A DNA stretch of 64,000 nucleotides from Haliotis rufescens (taxonomy: Eukaryota). Below the pieces are notes generated by a model, which ran no database searches, was not told where the DNA came from, and was given only the letters and a program-made list of their open reading frames with translations. The DNA is taken from contig NW_025964013.1 in assembly GCF_023055435.1 (NCBI RefSeq), forward strand, positions 5,518,001-5,582,000, in the 5' to 3' direction. Positions 1 through 14,289 of this stretch are shown here, in pieces. The translations under genes were made by a program, and so were the position numbers. Position 1 is the stretch's first letter, and each line of letters opens with the position of its first letter.

Positions 1-250
1 CACATGGCTGTCTACAAAGATATCCTTCTGTCCACCTGGCTGTCTACAAAGATATCCTACAGACCACCTGACTGTCTACAAAGATGTCTGACTGGCTACA
101 AAGATGTCCGCCTGTCCACCTGACTGTCTACAAAGACGTCCTACTGACCACCTGGCTGTCTACAAAGATGTCCTGCTGTCCAAGTCACTGTCTACAAATA
201 TGTCCTGCTGTCCAACTCACTGTCTACGCAGATGTCCTGCTGTCCACCTG
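1..250. repeat. Minisatellite, ~32-bp unit (tgtctacaaagatgtcctgctgtccacctggc)
   Basis: tgtctacaaa recurs at 9 and 41 and onward; the array runs off the left edge. Confidence 0.9.
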
Positions 251-937
251 TGCTTCGGCGACCACAGACAACGTTAAAAAAAAAAGCTTCAATCTCCTGA
301 TGAATCACTGGTGACACTTTGATTACATTGCAAATCTGTGCAACACTAAAACAACAGAATGGTAATGAACTGTCAATGAAAATATCAGGCTGAATTACCA
401 GGTGAGCTACAGCACCGTCGGCCATTATTATTCATCTGCAAAATAAAGGTGTAAAATTGCTCGAAAATACCGATCCATTATCATAGCGATATGTTTGTTA
501 ATGGCATTCATATTTATCATATATTACGATAATATATTTAATAAATGCAAGTGAGTGAAAATGTCTTTCAAGATGGTGGCAAATATAACTATATAATCAA
601 CATTAAAATATCTATATGCAGAGCCATATTAAAGAAAAAGCGTAGATCTAAATGTGAGGTTCATTCACGTGAGCTATCACCACTCATGATGGCAACCCTG
701 TCAAAAAGAACGTCCCCGTTCGTGTTCACTTGATCAAGACTTAGTGTCTTATCTTATCGTGATATCAAAGGGCACCTGCACTGAGAAACGAATATATACC
801 ACCACCCGACACGACTGGTCTTGGGACTATTTTAGTCATCTGAATCGTGAGACTTGGATGTTGCCGAAGTCAAGTTAGCAGAAATTGTCATGGATAATCC
901 TTAAAACTGGTTTCAAGTCATCAGTTCCATGTTCACT

Positions 938-2613
938 CTACTCATGTTCAACCTCATTCGTTGTGACCGAGGGCTCCACAGTGGTGGTCGCCTTCTCCAT
1001 GTCTTCCTCCGGAGTCACCTCTTCTCCCTTGGTCTCATCGGGCCCGGACCCAGGAGGAGGAAACAGCGGCTGTGTCATTGCTCTGTAGATGGCTAATGCG
1101 ATCTTCACAAGGAAAGCCACCACAGTCAGCGCCAACAGGACAAAGATAAAGATAGTATTAGCGTCAAGCAAATTATAGCCTCTTGCAATGATGCCCACAA
1201 ACGCCCAGATGACGACAGGATAGGGCGTGAAGGTGTAGCGGGTATACTTGTCAAATACGGAGAGGTCGACGACCACGTAGATGATGATGACAGCAGCCAG
1301 GAAGCCGAGAGCAATGGTTGAGGCAGTACCCGGGTCAATTGGGGGCAGAGACTGGTAGGTGATGACGATGGCCATGTTGATGAAGGTGGCCACAGTTGTC
1401 CATGCGGCGTACAGGGCCAGACCATTGTGGACAAATATAGAGATGAGGACAATATCTACCCTCCGACTTTGATTGGACAGGATGAACCTGTTCTTGTACA
1501 TAGCTAGGTAGGACAGGCCGAGGCAGATGTAGAGAGTGACTGAGATGCCAGCCAGAACCACGAATGCCAGTCCTATTAACTCTCGGTCGAACATGAACAA
1601 CCAGAACACATTGAGGACGAGGCTGAGGATGTAGATGCCGAAGAATGCTGTCGTCAGGAGGATCGGTTTCAGAAAGAGGGGTTCCCCCGAGGCCGACTTC
1701 CGGCAGAGAAGGGTCAGCTCGTAGATGATCCACACGAGCTGCCAGACGTATATCAGGCCCCAGATGATGAATGTGAAGCCGGCGGGGGTTATTTGTGAGA
1801 TGAACCGGTCAGAGATTGCGGCAGTTGTGGTCAGAAACACGAAAGCACCTGAAATTGAGGTATATTGGTTACAATCAAAGTGATATAAGGAACGTATTTA
1901 CGTGTTTCTTTGATGATGTAATTAATTACATATCACTAGTAAATCATATAACATACATTATGTCTGTAAAGGTTTGGCCCATTTGTAAAAGACTAATATT
2001 GAATATATGAACACAAGGTAGCAAGAGGCAGAAGTAGGTCTACTAGATCGTGCTTCACAACTGCATGGCACTGACATCTTAATGTGGAAGAAAATCCAAA
2101 ACTGACAAAAGCCAAAAAAGTAAACGGCCGGGGAACAAAAATTCAGCACCTGAAAATTGGATTTGATAAAAAATTATAAACGTTATCCAAACGCTGCTGG
2201 GCATCGAGTCGCCGCAACACTGCCAACATGTCCGAAACAAAACTGTAATACCCTGTCATATACATCATCGTCGAATAACCATTTGTTGTTTGTGTCAGCT
2301 TTAGCCACCATCAAATATTGGTGTATACTTTCTTTTGCCCAGCAGTTTCGTAGACCACACACTTTTTGTCCCGCGGTTGCAGTTCTAACAGACCACAGAT
2401 CAAGATGAGGTCGAATTTGGAATTGGAACCAATGAACATCGGATCCCGCCAGGCCTAGGACGCAACTCTGCACCCTGCTCACATGCCCTGTTGTGATGCC
2501 CCATGTTTACCTGTGCCTGGGAGACCGGCGAGGATGTTGAAGATCACTGTCACCAAAAACACCGGAAGCACCAGAATGGCGAAGGCTTGGAGGAGAGTGG
2601 TCTTGTTCACCAT
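938..2613 (-). CDS. Multi-pass membrane protein, TspO-like uncharacterised family, paralog 1; coding exons 2613-2511 and 1848-938
   Basis: Exon 1 (103 nt) reads MVNKTTLLQAFAILVLPVFLVTVIFNILAGLPGT. It has donor CAG|GTAAAC at 2510 and acceptor ATTTCAG| at 1849; the phase-1 join is in frame with the 300-aa ORF. Motifs ITPAGFTFIIWGLIYVWQ and NGLALYAAWTTVATFIN are present with about 8 hydrophobic segments. The family name comes from motif recall. Confidence 0.85.
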
Positions 2614-3179
2614 CTTCAGTCTACTGTATAACACAGAGAGTATCAAATACACATCAAATACTCACAACTGATTTGAAATACAATTACATGCAGCCGCCAT
2701 ATATTTCCATGTTTGGACTAATCACAGTTGACCTAATTCGTTTTCATAAAAACGTTGAGGCTGTGTTTACGTTTCTCATTTTCATCCAAACATTAAACAG
2801 CGAAATAACTATCAAAATCTAAACCAGTTTGTATTTACCTTGAACAGCATGCAACGTACCCTGTAGTTGTAGACCTAACCAGATATAATACTTTTCGACT
2901 CATTAATATATTCTTCCAGTCACCCCCTCCCCTGAAGCCGAACACAGGACACCTCCGTGGTCCAGTGGATAGAGCATTTGCCCAGTTCCCTGATTGTGTA
3001 ATGCGACAGGACTTTAACAGATGTACTTGTTTTACCCTGCCATACAACATACCCTTAAAGACATACAACAAGTCTGAGGTCTGAGTAGAGGATCCATGTT
3101 AAACTGCGGTGTGGTATCTCAGTGGGTTTGCACCATAACACTGGCATAAGTCCGGACTAGTACAAACGACAACAAATAT

Positions 3180-3510
3180 TGTTATGTTTTCAAGTACTAT
3201 GAAGGTTCACATTTGATCAGTCAGTTAGTAATATACTGTGAGAAATGGAAACTTAATGTTAATATGGATAAAACTGGTCTTTCGAAGGAAACAATTGTAA
3301 CTGTCACATTATATAAATACCTTGGGGTTTCATTTTCAAGCAAGTTATCCAGGAATACTAGTGTACTTGTCATGCAGCACCGTAAGCTTAGAAAATATTA
3401 TTAAGAATATTACAAAATTTAAAAACCGGAGTGATCTTTCTAATAACACATTATTAAAGATAAACGATGTAAAACTATGTGCTATACTTTTTAATTATGC
3501 CTCAAAGTGA
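3180..3510 (+). pseudogene. Decayed LINE reverse-transcriptase fragment
   Basis: YCEKWKLNVNMDKT and YKYLGV are typical of the post-FADD region of non-LTR RTs; the frame is broken. Confidence 0.7.
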
Positions 3511-4699
3511 GATTGACCAATCAGAGAGCAGAACGACTAACCCCCATATGAGCCCGTATACCGTCAGTAACAGCCATTTTAGATTTTGCAAAACCTGCCT
3601 GATATATTTCACATGAAAATTCTGGTACAGAAATTCTTTATTCGACACTGTCTTTTGTTTTACTATCATAAATTGTGATGCACAAGGACATTTGTGTTTA
3701 AAGAAACCACGTTCGTGACTTTATTAATAAACAGTATAAAGAAAAAAAAATTACAACGGAGGTCACTGAGTTACAAATAGCATAAACATAATATTGGATG
3801 ACGTCACAATCAAGAAACGTGACGCCAATGACTTCACATAGCAATAGAATTGATAGCAGCCCGTCGTTAGAGGTAAGCGGACTGCTGTAAGTTACAGTTG
3901 CCCGCAGATTTCTGTTAACATGCGAGTATTTTTATGAAAATTCGATACATTTTACCTATAAAACTTGTTTAAACATTCACATAATATCTTCCATTGTTAA
4001 CGTTTATGTTTACATTAAATCGGAAACATATGAACTGGTCCTGTCGTTTGTACCGGTTGTACGTTTTGACTTGACATGTGCCATAAAGATACCAAATAGT
4101 GTACACTTTTCGGAAACATATGGCCAAATATTTTTCTTCTAACCCAATATAACACCGTATACGGCCACTAAAGACCCAATAACTAATGATATGGCTCAGA
4201 GATACGGGGCTTCTATGGGTACAGGGCGATTGGACTAGTACACTTGTATGCATGTAAAAGATTTCTTGGTGTCAAACAGTGTACTGTGTACAGTGTAGTG
4301 TTATGATCTATGGCGAAAGTGGGCGGGTACCTTTTTGTGTTTCAGTACATTAGAATAAATAAAATCTTGGTTTAAAATTTTAAATATGCCTTTTACAGAT
4401 TGACAAGAAAATGTGAAAATATGATGTTGTTATATTAAAGCCATGGAGTTCAAAATTTGGTTTATTAATATGTAAAACGTTTGTTAAACGAATGTGGATA
4501 CAGTTATGTATGGAATGAACAATGTGTACCAGAAAGCCCAGATAAAGTATTGTTGTCCATTAGGCAAACACTTAAAGATATATACCTTCACAAAAACGCT
4601 TTCTATTGTAGACTCTTCTAGTAAATGTAATTGCAATAAGTTTTTAAAATCTCATACACACACCAGCTTATTTATTTATTTCAATCTTAGAAAATATAG

Positions 4700-5056
4700 A
4701 ATTACATAATTTCGATGAAATTCCCACAAACTAATTGAATGTACACAATTAAGATTTTGTAATCAGTGTAATCCAGATCTTATTGAAGATGGATATCACT
4801 TCCTGTTAATTTTCCATACATGTCATAATCTAAGAAGTCTGTACTTAAAAAATGAGAGCTTTTTGTGTACCAGTACCACAGACTTGTCACTCTAAAAGCT
4901 TCAGTTAAACTTGATGTCATACGCAATTTGTCAATATATATATCATGCTATGTCTGTTAGAAATAAGTTTATGTTGTATAAAACTGCTTCCTAAACGCTG
5001 TATACTATGGGCCTGTGGCCTCACAGTTTTGAACGAATAAATTATCTATCTATCTA
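4700..5056 (+). mobile_element. LINE 3' end fragment
   Basis: CNPDLIEDGYHFLL resembles the ORF2 C-terminal Cys/His motif. It is followed by AATAAA and a (TATC)n tail. Confidence 0.6.
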
Positions 5057-5769
5057 ACTGAAAAAGTTAAAAATACCAATAAATTTAAGACCACGCGAGC
5101 AGGCGTTGATGATGTCAACTGTTTGGTGTGACACCACGTCCTGCTACACCTGTACCGTGTCTTAAAGTGTGACCTTACATCAGTGTTAACTGGTTTCAAT
5201 GAGTCGATGTCTAATTCTACGGTTCGTTAAGTTTAGATTTGATGATAATGCGTTTGGATGACGTTCAAGTCCCGATGGCGCCGATGACTGAACGAGGCAG
5301 AGACGAGGATCACCCAACTCGTATCTTCTCAATAGTTGTCGCTGATCCCCAGGCGCTTGTGTGTACTAGAACGAATTCTGTTCATTTTCAGTACCATTTA
5401 CACATCTGTAATATTCAATAAAAAGAAACAGGTGCTTACCTTTTGTGTTATAATCAAGCATTGAAGGTACCGGAGAAAGCCGGACTCAGTCAGTTGGTAA
5501 ACGTGACGTGCCTCTCAAACGTGCTATGCGGGGTTACTGTATATGTGTAATTCGTATCCCTCGTTAAGCATCGCCTCGGTACATTACAAACATTCATGTC
5601 ACAATCAACTCGAAATCCACAGTAAATCACAACGTACAGTGTTTTATGACGAAAGCACTATTATAGTAGTTGTTTATAAAACCATAAATACTCATGTGCG
5701 TCGTAGTGAAAATTACATTGTCTAAATCTGTTGGATTTTGTTAAATGGAAATAATAACGTCAATATTTT

Positions 5770-6257
5770 GTAGTACAGATGATATTGGCGTCAACGGTTT
5801 CCAGTACAGATAATGTTGACTGTCAATGTTTTCTTGTACAGATACTATGGACCGTTAATGTTTTCTTGTACAGATAATATAGACCGTTAATGATATCTAG
5901 TACAGATAATATAGACCGTTAATGTTATCTAGTACAGATAATATAGACCGTTAATGTTATCTAGTACAGATAATAAAGACCGTCAGTCTTTTCTTTTACA
6001 GATAATATGGACCGTCAGTGGTATCTTACAGAGATACTTTGGACCGTCAATGTTTTCTCGTACAGATAATATGGACAATCCATGTTTTCTAGTACATATG
6101 ATATAGACCGTCAATGTTTTCTCGTACAGATAATATGGACAATCCATGTTTTCTAGTACATATAATATAGACCGTCAATGTTTCCAGTACAGATACTATG
6201 GACCGTCAGTGTGTTCTTGTACAGATAGTATGGACTGTCAATGTTTTATTGTACAGA
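5770..6257. repeat. Minisatellite, 32-bp unit (gtacagataatatagaccgttaatgttatcta)
   Basis: gtacaga recurs every 32 nt (e.g. 5900, 5932). Confidence 0.9.
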
Positions 6258-6974
6258 ACATATCACAATACGATTTCAAAAACAGGTCAAGCAAGTGTAG
6301 CACGCAAGGCACATCGCTGGCCCTGGACTTTCGCATGACGTGAATGTCTACCATACGTGCTCGGCATCAAGTATGTTACTGATGTTGGTATGTATATCTA
6401 TATTTTGCTCTGATTCACCTCAACTTCCACATCTGAGAAAATCAACGCCCAGCAAACTTACTAACATAACAAGAAACTGTATCGGAGGGGCAGTACTACT
6501 GAAGCAGAAAGATTCCTGTTATAGAGAAAAAAAACACGGGACTCTGTTGATCCTGAAGATGAATCATCTAGCCTTTTTCATATTCGAGTCATTCCCCCCA
6601 TGGTTGATTCATAATTTCTGTATGTTTCTGCATACAGACCTATAGCTGCGTTAGTTTTATGTGTTAGAATACACGTTCGGAATGGCCAATGAGTTCCTGG
6701 CTCAGAATCAGCTGCATCAACAATAACGAGATGTCGACATTATGTTTAATTCAGGCGAGATCCATGGCATGACAGTTTATCCAGCGTTTGGCATCACCTG
6801 ACAGACGCAGTCCTACCGTCACAGATCTAACGTTGATGATTGGTCGATGAAATTATCCCCGGGATAGGCGGTGTCACCTGTTTATACCATAGCACTCGGC
6901 AGCCACGAGGTTCTATCTATCTTCAATCTTCATGACAATTCATTGTGTGAGGTAAGCCATAGTTCATTGATACA

Positions 6975-8180
6975 ATTTGCAACATCTGTGTACACTGTAT
7001 ACATACCTCTATAAGCTACCTGTAGATGTAACAACATCTCTGTTAATTAACTGTATCTGTTACAACATCTCTATAAACTATCTGTAGATGTAACAACATC
7101 TCTGTTAACTAACTGTATATGTTACACAATCTCTAAAGACTACCTGTATATGTTACAACATCTCTATAAACTACCTGTAGATGTAACAACATCTTTGTTA
7201 ACTAACTGTATATGTTACAACATCTCTATAAACTACCTGTAGATATAACAACATCTTTGTTAACTAACTGTATATGTTACAACATCTCTATAAACTACCT
7301 GTAGATGTAACAACATCTTTGTTAACTAACTGTATATGTTACAACATCTCTATAAACTACCTGTAGATGTAACAACATCTTTGTTAACTAATTGCATTAT
7401 GTTACAAAATCGCTATTAACTACCTGTATATGTAACAACATCTCTATAAAGTACAAGTGTATGTACAATCTCTATAAACTACGTGTATGTGTTACAACAT
7501 CTCTATAACCTCCCTGTATATGTTAAAACATCTCTATAACCTCCCTGTATATGTTACAACATCACTATAACCTCCTTGTATATGTTACAACATATCTATA
7601 ACCTCTCTGTATATGTTAAAACATCTCTTTAACCTCCCTATATATGTTACAACATCTCTATAACCTCCCTGTATATGTTACAACATCTCTATAACCTCTC
7701 TGTATATGTTAAAACATCTCTTTAACCTCCCTATATATGTTACAACATCTCTATAACCTCCCTGTATATGTTACAACATCTCTATAACCTCCCTGTATAT
7801 GTTACAACATCTCTATAACCTCCCTGTATATGTTACAACATCTCTATAACCTCCCTGTATATGTTACAACATCTCTATAACCTCCCTATATATGTTACAA
7901 CATCTCTATAACCTCCCTGTATATGTTACAACATCTCTATAACCTCCTTGTATATGTTACAACATCTCTATAACCTCCCTGTATATGTTAAAACATCTCT
8001 TTAACCTCCCTATATATGTTACAACATCTCTATAACCTCCCTGTATATGTTACAACATCTCTTTAACCTCCTTGTATATGTTACAACATCTCTATAACCT
8101 CCCTGTATATGTTAAAACATCTCTTTAACCTCCCTATATATGTTACAACATCTCTATAAACTACCTGCAGGTGTTACATA
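6975..8180. repeat. Minisatellite, 31-bp unit (tgttacaacatctctataacctccctgtata), with a 62-bp dimeric left part
   Basis: Period is 31 (7801, 7832); variants alternate at 7010-7400. Confidence 0.95.
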
Positions 8181-9094
8181 GTTATAACCACACTATGTAT
8201 TGCGTTGACATATGCCGATTTATGGACATGTTTATTTTTGAAATGATGTTTTCAATGTGGTTTGTGTGGGGTCATCTTTAGCCGAGCTGATCATTACTCA
8301 CGTATGTTTATTGCCGTTTCTCATAATCTGTTCTACGGTGACCTTGCCCTTCTTTTCAAGGCGTTGCCAGCAATGTCCAAGCGTTCGAGAAACATTAACG
8401 TCATAGATGATGAAACCGATTTTCCTTTATGAACCGCCAGACAGTCCTATGACAGTAAATAAGAGCGACCAAACCATACAATCCACACCAAAATAGGAAC
8501 TTTTCCGACTATTTGATAAGAATGAGTTTACAGACCGCCGTCATATAGCTAAAATATTGCTGAGCGCGGCGTTAAAAAACCAACCAACCAACAACCAACT
8601 AAGTGGAGGATGTATCATCACCCCGTTTAATTAAATTACAGTTACAGAATTCAAACCGTCAACGTCAGATACAATCCGACTCGGATATCCTATTTTTAAC
8701 TCTCTGCCTGCAATGTCTATTGATGTTTAGAATAATCTGTCACATGTCATTACGTGGTTATATTGATTTCCCATTTCGAAAATGACAAGGACAGACAGAC
8801 TCTTGCTCAAAATATTTTTTGGTCGGGGTTATAGCGTACAATGCCCCAATATAGCTTTCAAAAGGATACGCTCAAATATATTCGAAAACATGTTGTCATC
8901 ACTGTTTGATAGTGATTCATAAACACATGTTCATGATATAGTCGGAATCGTACCATCGACTTTGCCTTTGACTGAGATTTCTATGAATATGGACAAGGGG
9001 CTTTGTCACTTATATTTACGTACAGAGTTGTTGTTTTCAGTATCACACAGTGCTGACGGCGTCGCCACTGTAGACTCGAATACGTGGCTTCAAA

Positions 9095-10112
9095 CCAACA
9101 TGTTTCTTGTAAGTTCCTCAGTCCGCACACTTTACCAACATGTTTCTTGTAAGTTCCTCAGTCCGCCCACTTTACCAACATGTTTCTTGTAAGTTCCTCA
9201 GTCCGCCCACTTTACCAACATGTTTCTTGTAAGTTCCTCAGTCCGCCCACTGTACCAACATGTTTCTTGTAAGTTCCTCAATCCGCCCACTTTACCAACA
9301 TGTTTCTTGTAAGCTACTCAGCCCACTCACTTTACCTTGTAAGTTCCTCAGTCCGCACACTTTACCAACATGTTTCTTGTAAGTTCCTCAGTCCGCCCAC
9401 TTTACCAACATGTTTCTTGTAAGTTCCTCAGTCCGCCCACTTTACCAACATGTTTCTTGTAAGTTCCTCAGTCCGCCCACTGTACCAACATGTTTCTTGT
9501 AAGTTCCTCAATCCGCCCACTTTACCAACATGTTTCTTGCAAGCTACTCAGCCCACTCACTTTACCAACATGTTTCTTGTAAGCTACTCAGTCCACTCAC
9601 TTTGCCAACATGTTCCTTGTACATTCCCCAGCACACTCACTTTACCAACACGTTTCTTGTACATTCCCCAGTCCACTCACTTTACCAACATGTTTCTTGT
9701 ACATTCCCCAGTCCACCCACTTTACCAACATGTACCTCGTACATTCCCCAGCCCACTCACTTTACTAACATGTTCCTTGTACATTCACCAGCCCACTCAC
9801 TTTACCAACATGTTCCTTGTACATTCCCCAGTCCACTCACTTTGCCAACATGTTCCTTGTACATTCCACAGTCCACTAACTTTACCAACATGTTCCTTGT
9901 GCATTCCCCAGTCCACCCACTTTACCAACATGTATCTGAAACAGGCCCCAGCCCACTCACTTTGCCAACATGTTCCTTGTACATTCCCAAGCCCACTCAC
10001 TTTACCAACACGTTTCTTGTAAGTTCCTTAGTCCACTCACTTTGCCAACATGTTTCTTGTACATCCTCAAGTCCACTCACTTTGCCAACATGTTACCACT
10101 TCACTTTACCAA
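9095..10112. repeat. Minisatellite, 40-bp unit (tttaccaacatgtttcttgtaagttcctcagtccgcccac)
   Basis: Exact 40-nt periodicity with a left-to-right variant gradient. Confidence 0.95.
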
Positions 10113-10404
10113 CGGCATCTAATTGAAGTCTCTCTTTTTGGAAGTTAACGTGATTGTGCCTCTGTGTGACATGCAATACCTATCATGATCGAGGTAACTA
10201 TCGTCAGCTATTGTTTTAATCCAACGCACTGGTGAGCTTTGTTGTACTGAAATATTGTTATTAAATCAGTGATGTATCTTTTTGGCGTGCTTTGGATATT
10301 GAAACGTGTTGTCGTCGCTATATGACTGAATTTAACTCACTCGCTCACTTAAATGTTTGTTCCTCTACGTGTTCTCTTTTGTTACTTAGTGAGCCTCAGT
10401 TACA

Positions 10405-11449
10405 ATGAAGTGGTCGGGCACCTCCCTGATTCTTCTCAACGTCTTGACCCTGCTGGTGTTTGTGGTGACAGTCATACTCACCTTCTTTGCCGAGCTTGGA
10501 GGATCAGGTAATTGCACTCATTCCACCCATTGTACCATCTCTTGGTACTTGTAAGAAATTATTATACCGTATACTCAAGGATCCCATGCATGCTGTACAT
10601 TTTTGTGTAAAAAATTGAATTCTTTGATATCAAATTTCAGACATTTTCCTGGATACAACAAACAATGTGTCCAACCTTAATAACAACGTGTTCAGGAAAG
10701 CCCGATGGTCTATCTACGTCTTTGCCTTCATATTTGCTCTTCAAATTCTCTGGCTCATCTTTTCGCTGACCCTGATCTGTAGGAAGGGCCCCGAGGGGCC
10801 TCTCTACCTCCACCCCGTCCTCTTCACCCCCGCCTTCTTCTGGGTGCACATCCTGGGTGATCTACTCTACATCGGCTGGCTGTTTCTCCTCGATAGACAG
10901 GCTCTGGAACTAGCCTTCGTCTTCCTCCTAGGTTCGGAGCTCTGTTACTACGCGTGTCTCGTCCTCAGCTACAGAACCAGGTTCGAACACAAGCTCGAGC
11001 TACAGAAGCAGGGACGGCATGTTGACAACGTGCTGTTCATACTATTTGTTGAGAATGCCATTGGTGCCTTTGCGATCTGGATTCTTGGTAATGCACTGTT
11101 CACCCTAGCTATGGTGATGACCTCCCTGTCCAGTACGCCACTGGGCCCAGTTGCAGGCGGATGTGTATCATTAGGGTTTCTTATTGTCCTATTGACAACG
11201 CTTGACATTGTTGACATTTTTGTGGTCAGGAAGTTTAGTGAGTACACCTTTAGTACTTACATTGCAAAATTAATTATTATTGTTTCAGTAGTGGATGCAA
11301 ACATTGGACGGACAAACCTAAACACAATCTTAACGTTAATTCCCCTTGGGATGGAGATCAGCTTTTTTCTTGTTAAGATTATCATTGTAGCTATGGACAA
11401 AATTAAACATTCTGTAGTGCCCAACACTGAGACTGAACTGTTAATGTAG
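10405..11449 (+). CDS. Multi-pass membrane protein, paralog 2; coding exons 10405-10507 and 10641-11449
   Basis: Exon 1 (103 nt) reads MKWSGTSLILLNVLTLLVFVVTVILTFFAELGGS, with donor CAG|GTAATT and acceptor AATTTCAG| at 10640. The phase-1 join is in frame. It shares LTLxCRKxxxG, WLFxxDR and YTF motifs with paralog 1. Confidence 0.85.
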
Positions 11450-12088
11450 AGCCATATTGCCTGTAGGTTTGATGTTGTGATTTTTATTGTGTAATCAATA
11501 GTATAATGCAAGCTTTAGTTTTCAAAAAGCTTCTTGGGTAATTTGTGCAACTGCACAGATTGGTGGACTGACTGATTTTTCACTCAATCCCTGAAGCACG
11601 TCCAAGTGTTGTATTTCTTTGGCCAAAACATTGGTACATTTTCCTTTTTTACAGATTTGCTTGAATATAAAAACAACGTAACACTTATTTACAGTCCACG
11701 GTTCGTTATGTTTTCACATTCTACCTCGCTCATGCATTGTTTACAACTAATAAATACTGGCAGTATTACCAGAGCTATCATTATCGTTATTCCACCCACA
11801 CATCGAAAAAAGACTCAAATGACAGGTAGTTGTCATTAGGTGAAATTCAGCCATATAAGTTTAGATTGAGAATTGTTTTATCCTTTTTGACAAATTATTC
11901 TTGACTTGAAACGCTGTAAACACTGCATCCCATACACGGAATATAACACGGTTCAGTTGTTTATGTGTTACGGATCACTTGCTGTCAAAACAGTACATAC
12001 ATGTAGTTTAGATTTTGTGACAAATAGATGTGTCTATCCCAACTTACCGATTGGTAATAATACTGAATCAACCGACACAATTTAACTA

Positions 12089-12226
12089 GAGTGAGTGAGC
12101 TTTCAGTATTACTTCAACAATATCAGGGTGGGGGACACCAGAAAAGGGCATCACACATTGTACCTATGTAGGGAATCGAACCCGGGTCTTCGGCGTGACG
12201 AGCGGACGCTTTAACTACTGGGCTAC
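12089..12226 (-). mobile_element. tRNA-derived SINE family A (partial)
   Basis: Reverse complement of the 30478 and 62886 copies; A/B boxes and (ACTC)n tail. Confidence 0.8.
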
Positions 12227-12562
12227 TTGAATTTAACAAAAACAGAATTACACTACACGTTCTTGAAATAAGACTGATCAAGCGAAAAAGTATTTTGTTC
12301 GTCAATGACCGCAAGAAAATGAACACAACTTTACTTTACTTTTCTAAGCAAACTACAAACAAAACCTCAATTATCCACAAAATGTGTCCGGAAAAAATAC
12401 GTTTTCTCTGCAATTAAAATCTCGAAAAACAGACATATCTTCCACCCGTTTCTGATTCTACTGTTGATTTATTAAGAATATGAAGAACAGAGAGTTCAGC
12501 CTCCAACCCTGACTCCAAAAGAAGTACAGAATATATATCTGTGATTGACTCGCACTGCGGCT

Positions 12563-12766
12563 GACCGCCTCCGTGGTCTATTGGTAGAGCGTCCGCCTGG
12601 AGAGCGGAAGGTCCGGGGTTCGATCCCCGCTCGCAACAAACCAAAAGACGTTGAAAGAATGTACTTGTTGTATATGGCGTCGTTTCCCTGTCACACGTGC
12701 ATGCAAGTCGCTATATAAGTGCAATAATCTTTGGCGTAACGTTAAAGCCCATTTCAACTCTCCTCA
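12563..12766 (+). mobile_element. tRNA-derived SINE family B, internally deleted
   Basis: Head gaccgcctccgtggtcta...ggttcgatcccc matches the 16781-17104 copy. Confidence 0.75.
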
Positions 12767-13016
12767 CATTACTGGGGTGGAGTGGCCGAGCGGTCTAAAG
12801 CGCGAGACAAGCAGGTCTTCACGGTACCGTCAATACCCCGAGTGTACGTTACATTCACTATGTGCACTCCAAACAAAACTACTCATCTGTTGGTTAAAAC
12901 ACGAATAGGAACATACACCCGTAGCACAAGTGTCAAAACGGTGTCATTTTACTATGGGCAGGTTACTTAGTTAAACGTACCCCTGTTTACCTAACAGGGA
13001 CGGGTACCCGATATAT

Positions 13017-13288
13017 GTTTGTTTGTTTATTTGTCGTTTAAAGCCGCACTCAGCAATATTCCAGCTTTATGACGGAGGTTTATGAATAATCGTGTCTGGA
13101 CCAGTCAATCATGAGAATCATGAGCATTATGAGCATCGATCCACGCAATTGGGATACGATGACATGCATCAATAAAGTCAGTGAGCCTGACCCCCCGGTC
13201 ACGTTAGTCGCCTCTTACGAGAAGCTTAGTCACCTTTTACGGCAAGCATGGGTTGCTGACGACCTATTCTACCCCGGATCTTCACGGC
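13017..13288 (-). mobile_element. Interspersed repeat/SINE family C
   Basis: Similar to copies at 14290, 15910 and 31659; (CAAA)n tail. Confidence 0.8.
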
Positions 13289-14289
13289 TACCCCGATATA
13301 TGAGACTATATACACCCGAGGGAGTTGAGAATGACGACCGGAATGAATACGGATCCACTGATCGAGGAACACATATAACATCAACGCCTTTGGGCAGATA
13401 TGTTTGGATAAGTACGGTATATAAATGAATGATATAATAATTAATTATACATATTTTCACATTTCCACTCTGCATCAAGTAAGAACAACAGTTTATTCTT
13501 CTCAACTGAATCAAAAGCCTTGCAAAAAATGAATGAATTCCGCGTAGAAATGATGCTTAGTTTTCAAATCAAAGACATTTACAACTGAGCTAACGACTGT
13601 ATATACAAGCGACAAAACCCTTTCCATTACCATTTGACGTACCTAAATCTAAGCACTGTTACCATTGTGCGATTCTGACCATAGCATAGGCAATACAAAA
13701 TCATTGTTTATAATTACTATAAAATAAGACAAATTGTCATGTCTGACACCAGTTTGTGACACTGTTATGACTTATCAGTAACTTCTACCGTACCCACTAT
13801 CCAATATGTTTGGCCGGGATTCTTGTTTAACACAGGCTAGTGTATCGGCCCCTGCTTCAAAACACGCACTTTGTGTCCCAAGAGTCCCACTATTTGAGTT
13901 TACTTCACCAGACATTATTTCAGAACATCCAACCACAAGTTACTTTTAGGGCTAAAACCTGGGGATAAATTAGTTTTTTAAATCCTTGGCAGCCCATCCC
14001 ACTCCCTCCAAATAGCAAATGCTCGATCCCAAACCAAGCGCGAAGATATATGAGAGTAGTACAAGTAAAACGTTTACCTGCTACATCTAATAGCGAAATA
14101 AGCTTGTTATCCCAATGTCCCTTTCTCAAATAAAAGCAATATCATCCCTATACTACAAGAGAATACCAACTTATGTATTGAATTTAACAATAAATATATA
14201 TACTTTGGAAATATATGTAAGACCGAATAACCACACATGACTGAAAAGCTGAGGCATTCACGTTTACATTCTCAATACTTTGTTTATTT

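Noticed and set aside
1-10112. Regular 31-40 bp repeats as CRISPR arrays
   Set aside because: The units are head-to-tail with no unique spacers, there are no cas genes, and the context is eukaryotic.
9450-10126. 190-aa and 198-aa ORFs
   Set aside because: They are translations of the 40-bp minisatellite cycling through frames.
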